Below are positions 25,127-37,919 of a stretch of DNA of 64,000 bases, one piece after another (within the stretch, counting starts at the first letter, position 1; each line of letters opens with the position of its first letter). This DNA comes from Octopus sinensis. Lineage: Eukaryota. Under the pieces are notes generated by a model, which ran no database searches, was not told where the DNA came from, and saw only the letters and a list, made by a program, of their open reading frames with translations. The DNA lies in NCBI RefSeq assembly GCF_006345805.1, contig NC_043008.1:62186001-62250000 (forward strand), in the 5' to 3' direction. A program made the position numbers and the translations under genes.

Positions 25127-26159
25127 AGCAATGAAAGCAGAAAGGTCACAATGGGGGAATGAAAAAAGCAAGCGATCTTTTATATTGCTGTCACAGTTTT
25201 TGAAATTTTAGAATTAAGATGAAATTTTCAAATTTGGAATATTGATGTAATTTTTCAGGCTGAATCTGATTTTGTCATTCAATTGTTCCAAGGGAGAAAA
25301 ACTTTAGAAAAATGTTACAGAGGTTTAAAATTTGATCATTTTTACTGAGTCAGAAACCAGAATTTGGAAGATGGTATTTTCTGCATGATAACTGTCTATC
25401 ACAATATTATGACAAACTTTTACTAAACAAAATGAAAGCAATATATTACAGCAATGAAAGTTGTAAGAAGTTTTCAAGTTTTGATAAGTTTTAATGAATA
25501 AAGTCGTGTAATACATTGGAACAAGCAATATAAACATGGAAAAATCCTGAATGAAATTTTGTTTTGCAACAAATTACAAAAGAAAACAAAATGTATGTTA
25601 AATTGCGAAAACATAACCTGTACATTATATTGTAACAATGTAAATAATTAGTTCATTTTTGTAGTAAAGATTCAAACACAGAAGATCAGAATATAGACAT
25701 TTGTCAAAGAAGATAGGTAAAGAAAATACATGTAGTGATAGTTGTAGTTTTAAGTAGACAACTTGGCTTATTACAATGGAAATACACACTAATGTGTCTG
25801 TGGCTTTTAATTGGCTAAATTTACCTAAAATTTCAGAGATGTACTTGCATAGCACGTGACTTGATCTGAGATCATGTACTGAAACAAACACAGTTGTAGT
25901 TTGGTGGCTTACAAATATCTTCCAGGTTGCAATTGCTTTTGTTACCCGAAATTTACAAAACTTAAAAGCTATTAACGTTTTTATTTATTAATTTATGGCA
26001 GATATAAATTTAATTTCTATGATTAGCATACAAAATTACATCAGTATACCAAATTTGAAAACAATTGGAACAAAATTGAAAATCTTGAAAACGGTGACAT
26101 TTACAGAAAAGGTCCAAGCAGCAACCCAAGATAGGGAGAAAATGAAGCAGACATCACTC

Positions 26160-26352
26160 ATCATCATCGTCGTCATCATCGTCGTTTAACGTCCGTTCTC
26201 CATACTAGCATGGGTTGGACGGTTCGACCGGGGTTCTGGGAAGCCAGAAGGCTGCACCAGGCTCCAGTCTAATTTGGCAATGTTTCTACAGCTGGATGCC
26301 CTTCCTAACGCCAACCACTCCGTGAGTGTAGTGGGTGCTTTTTACGTGCCAC
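26160..26352 (-). mobile_element. RTE 3'-end fragment with (GAT)n tail
   Basis: Reverse complement of 11660-11846 (GGATGCCCTTCCTAACGCCAACCAC). Confidence 0.8.
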
Positions 26353-27232
26353 CTGCTCAGTAGGGAGAAAAATATATAGTAATGATGATGATGAGGTGGA
26401 TGATGATGATGATGATGATGATGAGGAGGTGGTGGTGGTGGTTGTTGTGGTTGCAATTGTGGCAGTGACGATGACAGTGATGGCAGAAGTGGTTGTTTTG
26501 GTGGCATTGGTGTTGGTGGTGGTGGTGGTAGAGATGGTGGCAGCAGTGGGAGTGATGATGCTGCTGATGTTGATCTCAATGACAACAACAATGCTCAAGA
26601 TGTTGCTGCAACTGATGATGATGAAGATGATGGTAATGGTTGTGGTGGTAGTGGTGGTGGTGGTGGTTGTGGTGTGGTGTGGTGTGGTGGTGGATTTGGG
26701 AGAAGGAAACCATAAGAAGCCCAACATGTGTGTGTGTCTTTGTGTCTGTGTTTATCCCCTTTGTCCCGCTCCACTACTTGGTGTGTTTCCATCCCTGTAA
26801 CTTAGCAGTTCAGCAAAAGAGAACAATAAAATAAGCACTAGGCTTTAAAGAAATGAACACAGGTGTCGATTAGCTCGATTAAAAGTACTTCGAGGCGGTG
26901 CTCCAGCATGGCCACAGTCTAATGAATGAAACAGGTAATGGATAAAAGATATGATGATGATTTCTAGTTGTAAAAGCTTAAAAGTACTTTTCAAGTCTAC
27001 TTCACTCGGTTAAATTCCTGTGGGAAACTTGGTTTCTTCAATAGCATTTTATTATATTTATAGAAGATATATTTATATATACTTTTAACACTTCATGTAT
27101 CTATGTGAATGTGTGTGTGTGTGTGTGTCTGTGTGTGTGGTTTATATGCATTTGTGTCTGTGTGTGGCGGGATGTTTGTAGTTGTATGTATTACTGGATG
27201 TAGATGTATAACCATGTAAGAGTATAATTCAT

Positions 27233-28110
27233 TTATGTGTATGCTTGAGTATGCATGTAACCGTGTCTCAAACTATGAATACGTATGTATGTACGTACGT
27301 ATGTATGTATGGATGTATGTATGTATGTATCAATGTACGTATGTATGTATGTATGTATGGATGTATGTATGTATGAATGTATGTATGTATGTATGTATGT
27401 ATGTATGTATGCATGTATGTATGTATGTATGTATGTATGTATGCATGTATGTATGTATGTATGTATGTATGTATGTACGTACGTATGTATGTATGGATGT
27501 ATGTATGTATGTATGTATGTATGTATGCATGTATGTATGTATGTATGTATGTATGTATGTATGCATGTATGTATGTATGCACGTATGTATGTATGTATGA
27601 ATGTATGTATGTACATATGAATGTATGAATGTACATATGTATGTATGTATGTATGAATGTATGTATGTACATATGAATGTATGTATGAATGTATGTATGT
27701 ACATATGTATGTATGCATGTATGTATGCATGTATGTATGTATGTATCTATGTATGTATGTATGTTTGTATATATGAATGTATGTATGTATGCAGGTATGT
27801 ATGTATGCACGTATGTATGTATGTATGTACGTATGTATGTATGGATGTACATATGAATGTATGTATGAATGTATGTATGTATGTATGTACATATGTATGT
27901 ATGCATGTATGTATGTATGTATGTATGCATGTATGTATGTATGTATGCACATATGAATGTATGAATGTACATATGTATGTATGTATGTATGTATGTATGC
28001 ATGTATGTATGCATGTATGTATGTATGCACGTATGTATGTATGTATGTATCTATGTATGTATGTATGTTTGTATATATGAATGTATGTATGTATGCAGGT
28101 ATGTATGTAT
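27233..28110. repeat. Long (ATGT)n microsatellite array
   Basis: Direct reading; source of the spurious YVCM/HTYI ORFs. Confidence 0.97.
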
Positions 28111-28270
28111 GTGTATGTGTGCAAGTGAGATAGTATGTACATACATATGTGTGTGCATTTTTCTGAGTCTCTCTGTGTGTTTCCATGTGTGTTTGTGTGA
28201 TTGTTTGCATCAGTGTATGCCAGTATGTGTGTGTGTGCATGTGTGTGTGTGTGCATGTGTGTGTGTGTGT

Positions 28271-28301
<31 letters not shown>

Positions 28302-28323
28302 CATGTGTGTGTGTGTGTGTGTG

Positions 28324-28356
<33 letters not shown>

Positions 28357-28629
28357 AGGAGGGGATGCAATTACTAAAAGTTATTGAAGGTAAACCATTT
28401 AAGTAATTTTTGGAAATCACTTTAATAAAATCACAACATGCTTGGTTGATTGGTTCAATGAATGAACAGTTTTCCTAGACACTAACAACAGTTTTTTTGT
28501 GAGGGAAAACAAAATACTACCACCACCACCACCACCACCACACCACCACCATCACCACCACCGCTGCCGCCACGGCTATCCTAACCACCCCCACCCCCAT
28601 CATCACCACTGCTGCTGCTACTGATGATG

Positions 28630-28770
28630 ATGATAATAATAATAATAATAATAGGTAAAAGTAATAATAATAATAATATTATTAATAATAATAATAATAA
28701 TATGTAGTAATAATAATGATAATAATAATAATAATAATATGTAGTAATAATAATAATAACAATAATAATG

Positions 28771-28810
<40 letters not shown>

Positions 28811-28928
28811 TATTATTATTATTATTAATAATAAAATAATAATAATAGGTAATAATAATAATAATGATAATAATAACAATAATAATAAATAATAATAATA
28901 GGTAGTAGTAGCAGTAATAATAATAATT

Positions 28929-28961
<33 letters not shown>

Positions 28962-28994
28962 ATACTAATAATAAGAGTAATAATAATAATAATG

Positions 28995-29025
<31 letters not shown>
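28630..29025. repeat. (AAT)n microsatellite array
   Basis: Direct reading. Confidence 0.97.
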
Positions 29026-29026
<1 letters not shown>

Positions 29027-29239
29027 TTTGGCACAAGGCCACAAATTTCAGTGGAAGTGGGTAAGTCAATTACCTTGACCCCAGTGCTCATCTGATACTT
29101 CTTTCATTGGCCCCCAAAAGGATGAAAGGCAAATTCAACCTTGGCGAAATTTGAACTCAGAATGTAAAGAGAAGTGAAGTGCAGCTCAACATTTAGCTCA
29201 GTGTGCTCATGATTCTGCCTGCTCACTGCCTTTTCTCCT

Positions 29240-29628
29240 CTAGGCATAAGGCCCGAAATTTTGGGGGAGGGGGCTAGTCGATTAGATCGACTCCAGTATG
29301 CAACTGGTACTTAATTTATTGACCTCGAAGGGATGAAATGCAAAGTTGACCTCAGTGGAATTTGAACTCAGAACGTAAAAACAGACGAAATACCTATTTC
29401 TTTACTACCCACAAGGGGCTAAACACAGAGGGGACAAACAAGTTACAGACAAACGGATTAAGTCGATTACATCGACTCCAGGGCATAACTGGTACTTAGT
29501 TTATCGATGCCGAAAGGACGAAAAGCAAAGTTGGCTTTAGCGGAATTTGAACTCAGAATGTAACGGCAGACGAAATACAGCTACGCATTTCACCCGGCGT
29601 GCTAACGATTCTGCCAGCTCATCGCCTT
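29240..29628 (-). mobile_element. SINE family B, dimeric form
   Basis: Same head-core-tail1-core-tail2 layout as 981-1378; junction GAAATAGGTATTTC at 29387-29400. Confidence 0.87.
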
Positions 29629-29736
29629 AGTAATAGTAATAATAATAACAATTATAATAAAAATAATAATTCCCATTCTTTGTGACTTTACTGGATAACT
29701 TAATCACACAATTAATACCAACTGGAAATTATTATT

Positions 29737-29962
29737 TTTAAATCTCACAATGAGAGATATTCAGCAACAGTACTTTGTAGTAAAGATTGTTTGCCAACAT
29801 AACGTGGCAGTCCTGGTTTAGGATGAATGTTGCTGTAATTTATCCCCAGGAGACATTGTCTCCAGCTAGCTATACGGCATGATTTGTGTCCTTATATTTT
29901 CGAACAAGCAAATCTAGCACCTCCACTCAGCTCAAAAACAATATCTGTGTATCGCAATTTCT
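29737..29962 (+). repeat. Unclassified dispersed repeat, copy 2
   Basis: Similar to 5483-5690, with an extra internal segment of about 30 bp. Confidence 0.75.
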
Positions 29963-30912
29963 GGGTTATTTCTCTTCATTAGCACAGAATAATTGTTCAG
30001 CTAGAGGTGGTGCTGCCAAATTCCCATTCAAAATAGGTAATTTTTAAAATAGTGATTTTCTAATTTATAAATCAGTGACTAGTTGTAACTTTGAAAACTG
30101 ATGCTGATGTGTTTACATCCCCGTAACTTAGCAGTTCAGCAAAAGAGATTGATAGAATAAGTACTAGGCTTACAAAGAATAAGTCCTGGGGTCGATTTGC
30201 TTGACTAAAGGCGGTGCTCCAGCATGGCTACAGTCACATGACTGAAACAAGTAAAAGAGTAAAAGAGTAATAGTAAGATATGATTTTTATCTGTTTTGAT
30301 ATTAATAGAAAAACGATAGAAATAAAAGTTTAAAATTGATTGATATAGTGTGATTATTATTGATAAGATGGCAGGTAATACTTGTATTAATCAAGAAAAT
30401 AATAATATCAATAATATAATGAATTATTGTTTTATTTAATGTAAATATAATTGTTATTATTCCTACTGTAATTATGATTAAAATAGCTTAGAGAGAGCCT
30501 GACGCCAGAGGTGTTGAAGTGATATCTTTAAGTGAGAAAAATTTTGTTTATGATGTAATCTTTTGGTGATTATCAGAGTATAAGGTGATTAGAAGAGAGA
30601 AAATGTAACCTGAGGGTCATAAAGAAAGCAGTAAGTGGCTTCCTGGAAAGCTCCAAGGAAAACCTAACATATTCAGAGTCCAATGAATAGTACTACACCA
30701 TAAAGCACATGCTCTGTGTCGTTTCTTGTCCTTGTAATCTATATACTAAAAACATTTGTTTCTTCTATACTACTCTTTCAAAGAATGACAACCCAACAGG
30801 ATTAAAAGCTTTGTTCGAATACTAATATTACAAGGCAATGCCTGCTTTAGGTAATTGATTGTTGCTGAGGCAGTATTTGTTATCTAGCAGATATCAAAGG
30901 AATAATAACAAA

Positions 30913-30997
<85 letters not shown>

Positions 30998-31004
<7 letters not shown>

Positions 31005-31123
31005 TTTTCTTCTGTCAAATTTGCTTCCATTTCTTGCCGAGTGTCTTCCCGACTCCTTTGCCCAAGGAGTCGGGAAGACACTCGGCAAGAAATGGAAGCA
31101 AATTTGAAAGAAGAAAAAAAAAG

Positions 31124-31124
<1 letters not shown>
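30998..31124. repeat. Near-perfect 127-bp palindrome inserted in (AAT)n
   Basis: 61-bp arms (30998-31058 / 31064-31124), 60/61 complementary, 5-nt loop TGCCC. Confidence 0.95.
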
Positions 31125-31163
<39 letters not shown>

Positions 31164-31181
31164 AATAGTAATAGTAATAGT

Positions 31182-31219
<38 letters not shown>

Positions 31220-31261
31220 AATAGTAATAGTAATAGTAATAATAATAATATAATAATAATA

Positions 31262-31296
<35 letters not shown>

Positions 31297-31461
31297 TTAC
31301 TTTTCTTTTTCCTTCACTTTTCGTCTTTATTTTCTTTGTTTGTTTTTTCCTTTTTGCTCCCTGTCATTCTTCCCCTTTTCCTCTATCACATCACTCTCTA
31401 AAAGAACAATCTGGCGTACTTGTTTTAATGATCTATCAATGTATACAGTGTGCTACTCTGC

Positions 31462-31630
31462 CCTTGGTAACATCCCAGGAGAACCATGTCTCAGAGAAAT
31501 CCAAAAGATTTTGTTGACAAGTAGTACCCACATCCTTAGAAAAACCCTATCAATTTAAATGTCTGTGTTGTATTGCATGACGATATTTCCCTACTGCCCC
31601 TGCCTCTTGCCCTCCCCAAGCTTTCAGTCA
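31462..31630 (+). mobile_element. R4/Dong-like 3' fragment (second copy at about 32780-32948)
   Basis: GGTAACATCCCAGGAGAACCATGTCTCAGAGAAATCC...CCCCAAGCTTTCAGTCATACT matches 21825-21990. Confidence 0.8.
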
Positions 31631-31964
31631 TACTATATATATATGTGTGTGTATGTGTGTCTGTGTTTGTCCCCCACCATCGCTTGACAACCAATGCTGG
31701 CGTGTTTACGTCCCCGTAACTTAGCGTTTTAGCAAGAGAGACTGGTAGAATAAGTACTAGGTTTATAAAGAATAAGTCCTGGGGTCGAGTTGCTCGACTA
31801 AAGGTGGTGCTCCAGCATGGCTACAGGCAAATGACTGAAAAAAGTAAAAAGGTAAAAGTGTAAGAAGCAAATTTTAACTGATGTGTTAGCCATGGCTGGA
31901 ATTTATCTCATCATTTGTTCTACTCAATGTAACTCAATCCGAAGCTACACAACAACAACACAGT

Positions 31965-32152
31965 GGAGGCGCAATGGCCCAGTGGTTAGGGCAGCAGACT
32001 CGCGGTCGTAAGAACACGGTTTCGATTCCAGACCGGACATTGTGAGTGTTTATTGAGCAAAAACACCTAAGCTCCATGAGGCTCAAGTGGGGAGGGTGGT
32101 GGTGAACCCCGCTGTACTCTTTCACCACAACTTTCTCTCACTCTTTCTTCCT
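31965..32152 (+). mobile_element. SINE family C, tRNA-derived head and body (duplicate at about 33283-33469)
   Basis: A-box TGGCCCAGTGG and B-box GGTTTCGATTCC; homologous to the minus-strand copy at 44010-44336. Confidence 0.85.
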
Positions 32153-32578
32153 ACTTCTTGCACAAAGCAGAGGAACCATGGTGTAACCCACTATGGTGTA
32201 GTAAACTTTCAGACTCTAGTCTAGATTGCAAATCCTCTGTGCCCCAGAATGGTTCAGCTCTCCATCCGTTTAAAGCCACTGTTTATGGAATGCGGATAAC
32301 AACATAGCTTTCGCGCCCGTGCAACCACCAGTTTATCGCGTGTCGTGGATGGATCTTCATGTTGCCACATGCATTCTTGGTAGCTTACAGTAGGCTCGAA
32401 TTAGAGATTATTCTTTGTGGCTAATGGTGGGAGTCCTGATTGGAAGAAGAAGAAGAAGAAGAAGAAGACTTGTGCCTGGGAGGGTAGCTTTCTAGCTGCA
32501 ATCCCATGGTCTGTGTTGTGACCGAAGGGGGTCTCAGAATAATAATAATATAATAATAATAATAATAAAATAATAATA

Positions 32579-32613
<35 letters not shown>

Positions 32614-33858
32614 TTACTTTTCTTTTTCCTTCACTTTTCGTCTTTATTTTCTTTGTTTGTTTTTTTCCTTTTTGCTCCCTGTCATTCTTCCCCTTTTCCT
32701 CTATCACATCACTCTCTAAAAGAACAATCTGGCGTACTTGTTTTAATGATCTATCAATGTATACAGTGTGCTACTCTGCCCTTGGTAACATCCCAGGAGA
32801 ACCATGTCTCAGAGAAATCCAAAAGATTTTGTTGACAAGTAGTACCCACATCCTTAGAAAAACCCTATCAATTTAAATGTCTGTGTTGTATTGCATGAAG
32901 ATATTTCCCTACTGCCCCTGCCTCTTGCCCTCCCCAAGCTTTCAGTCATACTATATATATATGTGTGTGTATGTGTGTCTGTGTTTGTCCCCCACCATCG
33001 CTTGACAACCAATGCTGGCGTGTTTACGTCCCCGTAACTTAGCGTTTTAGCAAGAGAGACTGGTAGAATAAGTACTAGGTTTATAAAGAATAAGTCCTGG
33101 GGTCGAGTTGCTCGACTAAAGGTGGTGCTCCAGCATGGCTACAGGCAAATGACTGAAAAAAGTAAAAAGGTAAAAGTGTAAGAAGCAAATTTTAACTGAT
33201 GTGTTAGCCATGGCTGGAATTTATCTCATCATTTGTTCTACTCAATGTAACTCAATCCGAAGCTACACAACAACAACACAGTGGAGGCGCAATGGCCCAG
33301 TGGTTAGGGCAGCAGACTCGCGGTCGTAAGAACACGGTTTCGATTCCAGACCGACATTGTGAGTGTTTATTGAGCAAAAACACCTAAGCTCCATGAGGCT
33401 CAAGTGGGGAGGGTGGTGGTGAACCCCGCTGTACTCTTTCACCACAACTTTCTCTCACTCTTTCTTCCTACTTCTTGCACAAAGCAGAGGAACCATGGTG
33501 TAACCCACTATGGTGTAGTAAACTTTCAGACTCTAGTCTAGATTGCAAATCCTCTGTGCCCCAGAATGGTTCAGCTCTCCATCCGTTTAAAGCCACTGTT
33601 TATGGAATGCGGATAACAACATAGCTTTCGCGCCCGTGCAACCACCAGTTTATCGCGTGTCGTGGATGGATCTTCATGTTGCCACATGCATTCTTGGTAG
33701 CTTACAGTAGGCTCGAATTAGAGATTATTCTTTGTGGCTAATGGTGGGAGTCCTGATTGGAAGAAGAAGAAGAAGAAGAAGAAGACTTGTGCCTGGGAGG
33801 GTAGCTTTCTAGCTGCAATCCCATGGTCTGTGTTGTGACCGAAGGGGGTCTCAGAATA

Positions 33859-33892
<34 letters not shown>

Positions 33893-33964
33893 TATAATGA
33901 TAACAACAACAACAACAACAACACCAACAACAACAATAATAATAATAATAATAATAGTGAGGAG

Positions 33965-34066
33965 GAGGAAAAGAAGAAGAAGAAGAAGAAGAAGAAGAAG
34001 AAGAAGAAGAAGAAGAAGAAGAAGAAGAAGAAGAAGAAGAAGAAGAAGAAGAAGAAGAAGAAGAAG
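33965..34066. repeat. (GAA)n microsatellite
   Basis: Direct reading. Confidence 0.97.
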
Positions 34067-34619
34067 ACATCAACAGCAACAGCAAAGCCTCTTGCCTCAC
34101 TAAGGTCAACATATCACCTATTACTTTTGTATGTCATATGAGATCACATTTGAACACTTTGAGCTCTGATTTGTGGGTCGCTGATCTTCTGAAGCAAGCG
34201 AGTCAAAATTGCTCAGTATGAGTTTAGATAATAAGAATATTCGACTAAGAATTATTGGTGCTCATTTGTACAGGCAATCAAAAATAAATAAATAAATAAA
34301 TAAATAAAATTTGTAATAACAAAAGCTAACAAAAAAAAATAAATAAAACAAAACGCAAGGAGCAATCGCAATATATGGAGTGCCGGAAATACCCATAAAC
34401 TGCTGGATAGCATCAAATAATAGAGTTAAGAGGAAGAATCAATTCGATTCCGCTCTTTCTTTTCAATTACAAACAATTGCAACATGAAGAATTCTGAAGA
34501 AAATTACATAACATGTGCAACTCTTGAATTGTTCTATAATGATCCACTTTCATAAGACAATTCTGGTAACAGGAATCGGTAATAGAAGGAGTGAACATTA
34601 ATCATTTCTGTATTATAAT

Positions 34620-35115
34620 TCTTCGTTTTCCCTTCTTCTTCTTCTGCTGCTTGCTCCTCCTCCTCCTCCTCCTCCTCTTCTTCTTCTTCTTCTTCTTCTT
34701 CTCCTTCTTCTTCTTCTTCTTCTTCTTCTTCTTCTTCTTCTTCTTCTTCTTCTTCTCCTTCTTCTTCTTCTCCTTCTTCTTCTTCTTCTTATTCTTCTTC
34801 TTCTTCTTCTTCTTCTTCTTCTTCTTCTTCTTCTTCTCCTTCTTCTCCTTCCTCCTCTTCCTCCTTCTTCTCGCTCTCCTCATCCTCCTTCTTCTCGCTC
34901 TCCTCATCCTCCATCTTCTTCTCCTTCTTCTCCTTCTTCGTCTCCTCTTCCTCCTCCCCTCCTTCTTCTAACCATCATCACAATCACTACCACCATCAAC
35001 ATCATCATTGTTGTCACCACCACTGTTCTCCCCCTCTGCATCCTCCTCCTCATCATCATTATCATTACTAACGCTGTTACCACTACTATCATTGTTTTTC
35101 TCATCATTATTATAG

Positions 35116-35148
<33 letters not shown>

Positions 35149-35390
35149 ATATTATTGACATCTACATCATTACCACCACCACTACCACTGCCACCACCAC
35201 CATCATCATCATCGTTAATATTATTAACATTTGTATCACCACCACCACCTCCTCCACCACCACCACCACCACCACCGTCGTCATCATTAATATTATTAAC
35301 ATTTGTATCACCACCACTACCTCTATCACCACCACCTCCACCACCACTACCACTACCACAACCACCACCACCACTATCATCCTCATCATC

Positions 35391-35440
<50 letters not shown>
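34620..35440. repeat. Compound (CTT/CTC)n - (CAT/CAC)n low-complexity array
   Basis: Direct reading; source of the poly-F/K/D/H ORFs. Confidence 0.95.
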
Positions 35441-35864
35441 TCAGTCTCATTTCTATTTGCATACAATCACTGCATCTATCATGTGCAGCTCTGTTGGTAT
35501 TAGGAATGTGAAGTGTTTTCTTTTGGCTTTGTATCTACTGACAATTCAAAAGTAAGCTTTACAATATAGACATGCAGTACCTACTACCATTATATTTGTG
35601 CAGTTCTAGTGTTTTGGTTATATAGTTGTCTGCATCAATGCATGTTCTGTTATGACACAGAAGCAACAGACATTGTCGTCTAGTTAAGAAATTTGCTTCA
35701 GACCCAAGTGGTGTCAGGTAAAGTCACCTCGTGTAGGACCTTGAAGAAGTGTCTTTCCTTATAGACCTAGGTCGATGAAAGATTTGTGAGTTGATTTGGT
35801 TGAAGGAAAGAGAATAAAGCTCGTAGTATGTGTCTGCATGTGTCCATCTCTTGCATTCATAGCA

Positions 35865-36042
35865 GTATTTCGTCTGCCATTGGACTCTGAGTTCAAATTC
35901 CGCCAAGGTCGAATTTGCCTTTCGTCCTTTCGGGGTCGATAAATTAAGTACCAGTTATGCACTCGGGTTGATATAATCGACTTAATCCCTTTGTCTGTCC
36001 TTGTTTGTCTATGTTTAGCCCCTTGTGGGCAATAAAGAAATA
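35865..36042 (+). mobile_element. SINE family B core and tail1
   Basis: Matches 18195-18380. Confidence 0.85.
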
Positions 36043-36342
36043 AGATATCAAATGACGAGGTTAATAATGATTTCAAATTTTGGCACAAAACCAGCGATTA
36101 CATAGACCCTAATGATCAGCTGGAATTAATTTTATTGGCCCCTAAAGGATGAAAGGTAAAGTCAACCTTGGCACAATTTGGATGAGGTGAATAATGATGA
36201 TAATTGTGTATGCATGTGGTGTATGTGTACATGTATTCAAGTCTTTTCTTGGTATTGTATGCTGCTTGTAAACAAATATTACCATCATAGGAGCAGTGTT
36301 GTTTGTTTACAATCTGCAGTGAAAATGTATTCAGCAGCCGTA

Positions 36343-36705
36343 GGAGTGGCTGTGTGGTAAGTAGCTTGCTTACCAACCACATGGTTCCAGGTTCAGTCCC
36401 ACTGCATGGTACTGTGGGCAAGTGTCTTCTACTATCGCCTTGGGCCGACCAAAGCCTTGTGAGTGGATTTGGTAGATGGAAACTGAAAGAAGCCCGCCGT
36501 ATATGTATATATATGCATGTGTGTGTAAAAATTTGTGTCTGTGTTTGTCCCCCAACATTGCTTGACAACCGATGTTGATGTGTTTACGTCCTCGTCACTT
36601 AGTGGTTCAGCAAAAGAGACTGATAGAAAAAGTACTAGGCTTACAAAGGCGGTGCTCCTGCATGGCCACAGTCAAATGACTGAAACAGGTAAAAGAGTAA
36701 AAGAG
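36343..36705 (+). mobile_element. SINE family A, with small internal deletion
   Basis: Complete head and tail; lacks the GAATAAG...CGACTAAA segment. Confidence 0.9.
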
Positions 36706-37919
36706 CAATTTTAGTCTAAGAACTACAAGAAATATTATTTCAATAGGTAGGATTGGCATCAAGGAGAGCCTATAACCTCAGAATGTCTGCCTCATTATAT
36801 TTTGTTTGAACCATGAAAGCCTGAAGAGAAAAACAGGAATATTAAAAAGATGATAATGTATTGCTGTTTTATCCAGTTCCTATATTTTTGTTGTCTTTAC
36901 TTCTAATTTCAGAATTTTAGCCAATTTATCCATTTCTTTAAGATGTATTACAGTCTGGTGAAGCTCTGATACTTTCATTATCAAAGTGGATGTTCTTCTG
37001 TCTACTGAGATGTAATCTTTGGCTCATTGTCGGAATACATCTTTGTTGCGTGTTTTCTATAAGTATTTCTATGCTCATTCTGATGATTATTTTGGTTTGG
37101 TACCAAATGTTGAGATCTTTGAATCTGTCACCCATTTCTCTTGGTTTCTCTGTTGAACATATTGCTACTCATGTCTTTTTATTCTACTAGCTTCTTTCCT
37201 CTAACTGCTGATCTCTGCAACTCATTATCATCATCTTATTCTTTTCTGGTCAATGACACTTAGTCTTTTATATTTTTAATCAATCGCTAGCTTTTTAAAA
37301 TTGTAGGCCCTTTCTTCCATCTTCTTCTTTTTTTTTTTGTAGTTCCTTAGCACCTTTAGTGATTCCAAGCCCTTGTTTGGGGTAAAATCCTTAACAAGAA
37401 CCAGCCTTGATTTCCCTGTCTGTGTGGTTTTAGTGTATCCCTAAAGCTTAGTGTCTTTTTGTCAATCTCTCAGACATTTTCTCATATATCTTCATACCAC
37501 TTCTGTTCTGCTGCTATTTCCTAATTTTGGCATAACCTCCAAATTTCAGGCCTTGGGCTTATAGTAGAAAAGTTTATTATTATTATTGTTGTTATTGCTA
37601 TTATTATGATTTCTTTTTATCACAGGTTTCATTAGAACTCCTGGAGTCTTACACGCATATTGAACTTGCTACCTGCAGCTATCCATTCTTTTCAGTTATC
37701 TAATATTTTCCTGCTTATTCTGGCCATGCCAAGAGGGCAGACGTCTTGTAACAGTTTCATTGATCTTTACATTTTGAGTTCATGAATATAGATGAATTCA
37801 TTTTGACTTAAGTTTAGGCTGTTAGAAACTATGTAATTAATTATTTCTTCTTAACTTCCGCATATCTGGCAATTGCTTAACAATCTATTTCATGCAGGCT
37901 TCCTCGTTTCTATTGCATA

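Larger units (their letters stand above)
31296..33857. repeat. Tandem duplication, 1317-bp period, bounded by (AAT)n tracts
   Basis: 31296-32540 vs 32613-33857; three differences seen (T-run +1, CCGGAC/CCGAC, GACGAT/GAAGAT). Confidence 0.95.

Noticed and set aside
31965-32035. tRNA-like sequence with A and B boxes
   Set aside because: It continues directly into a repeated SINE body and has three copies in the window, so it is a SINE head and not a tRNA gene.
37690-37760. LQDVCPLGMARISRKILDN*, resembling an R4-type C-terminus (minus strand)
   Set aside because: Only about 19 codons of weak similarity; not enough to call.
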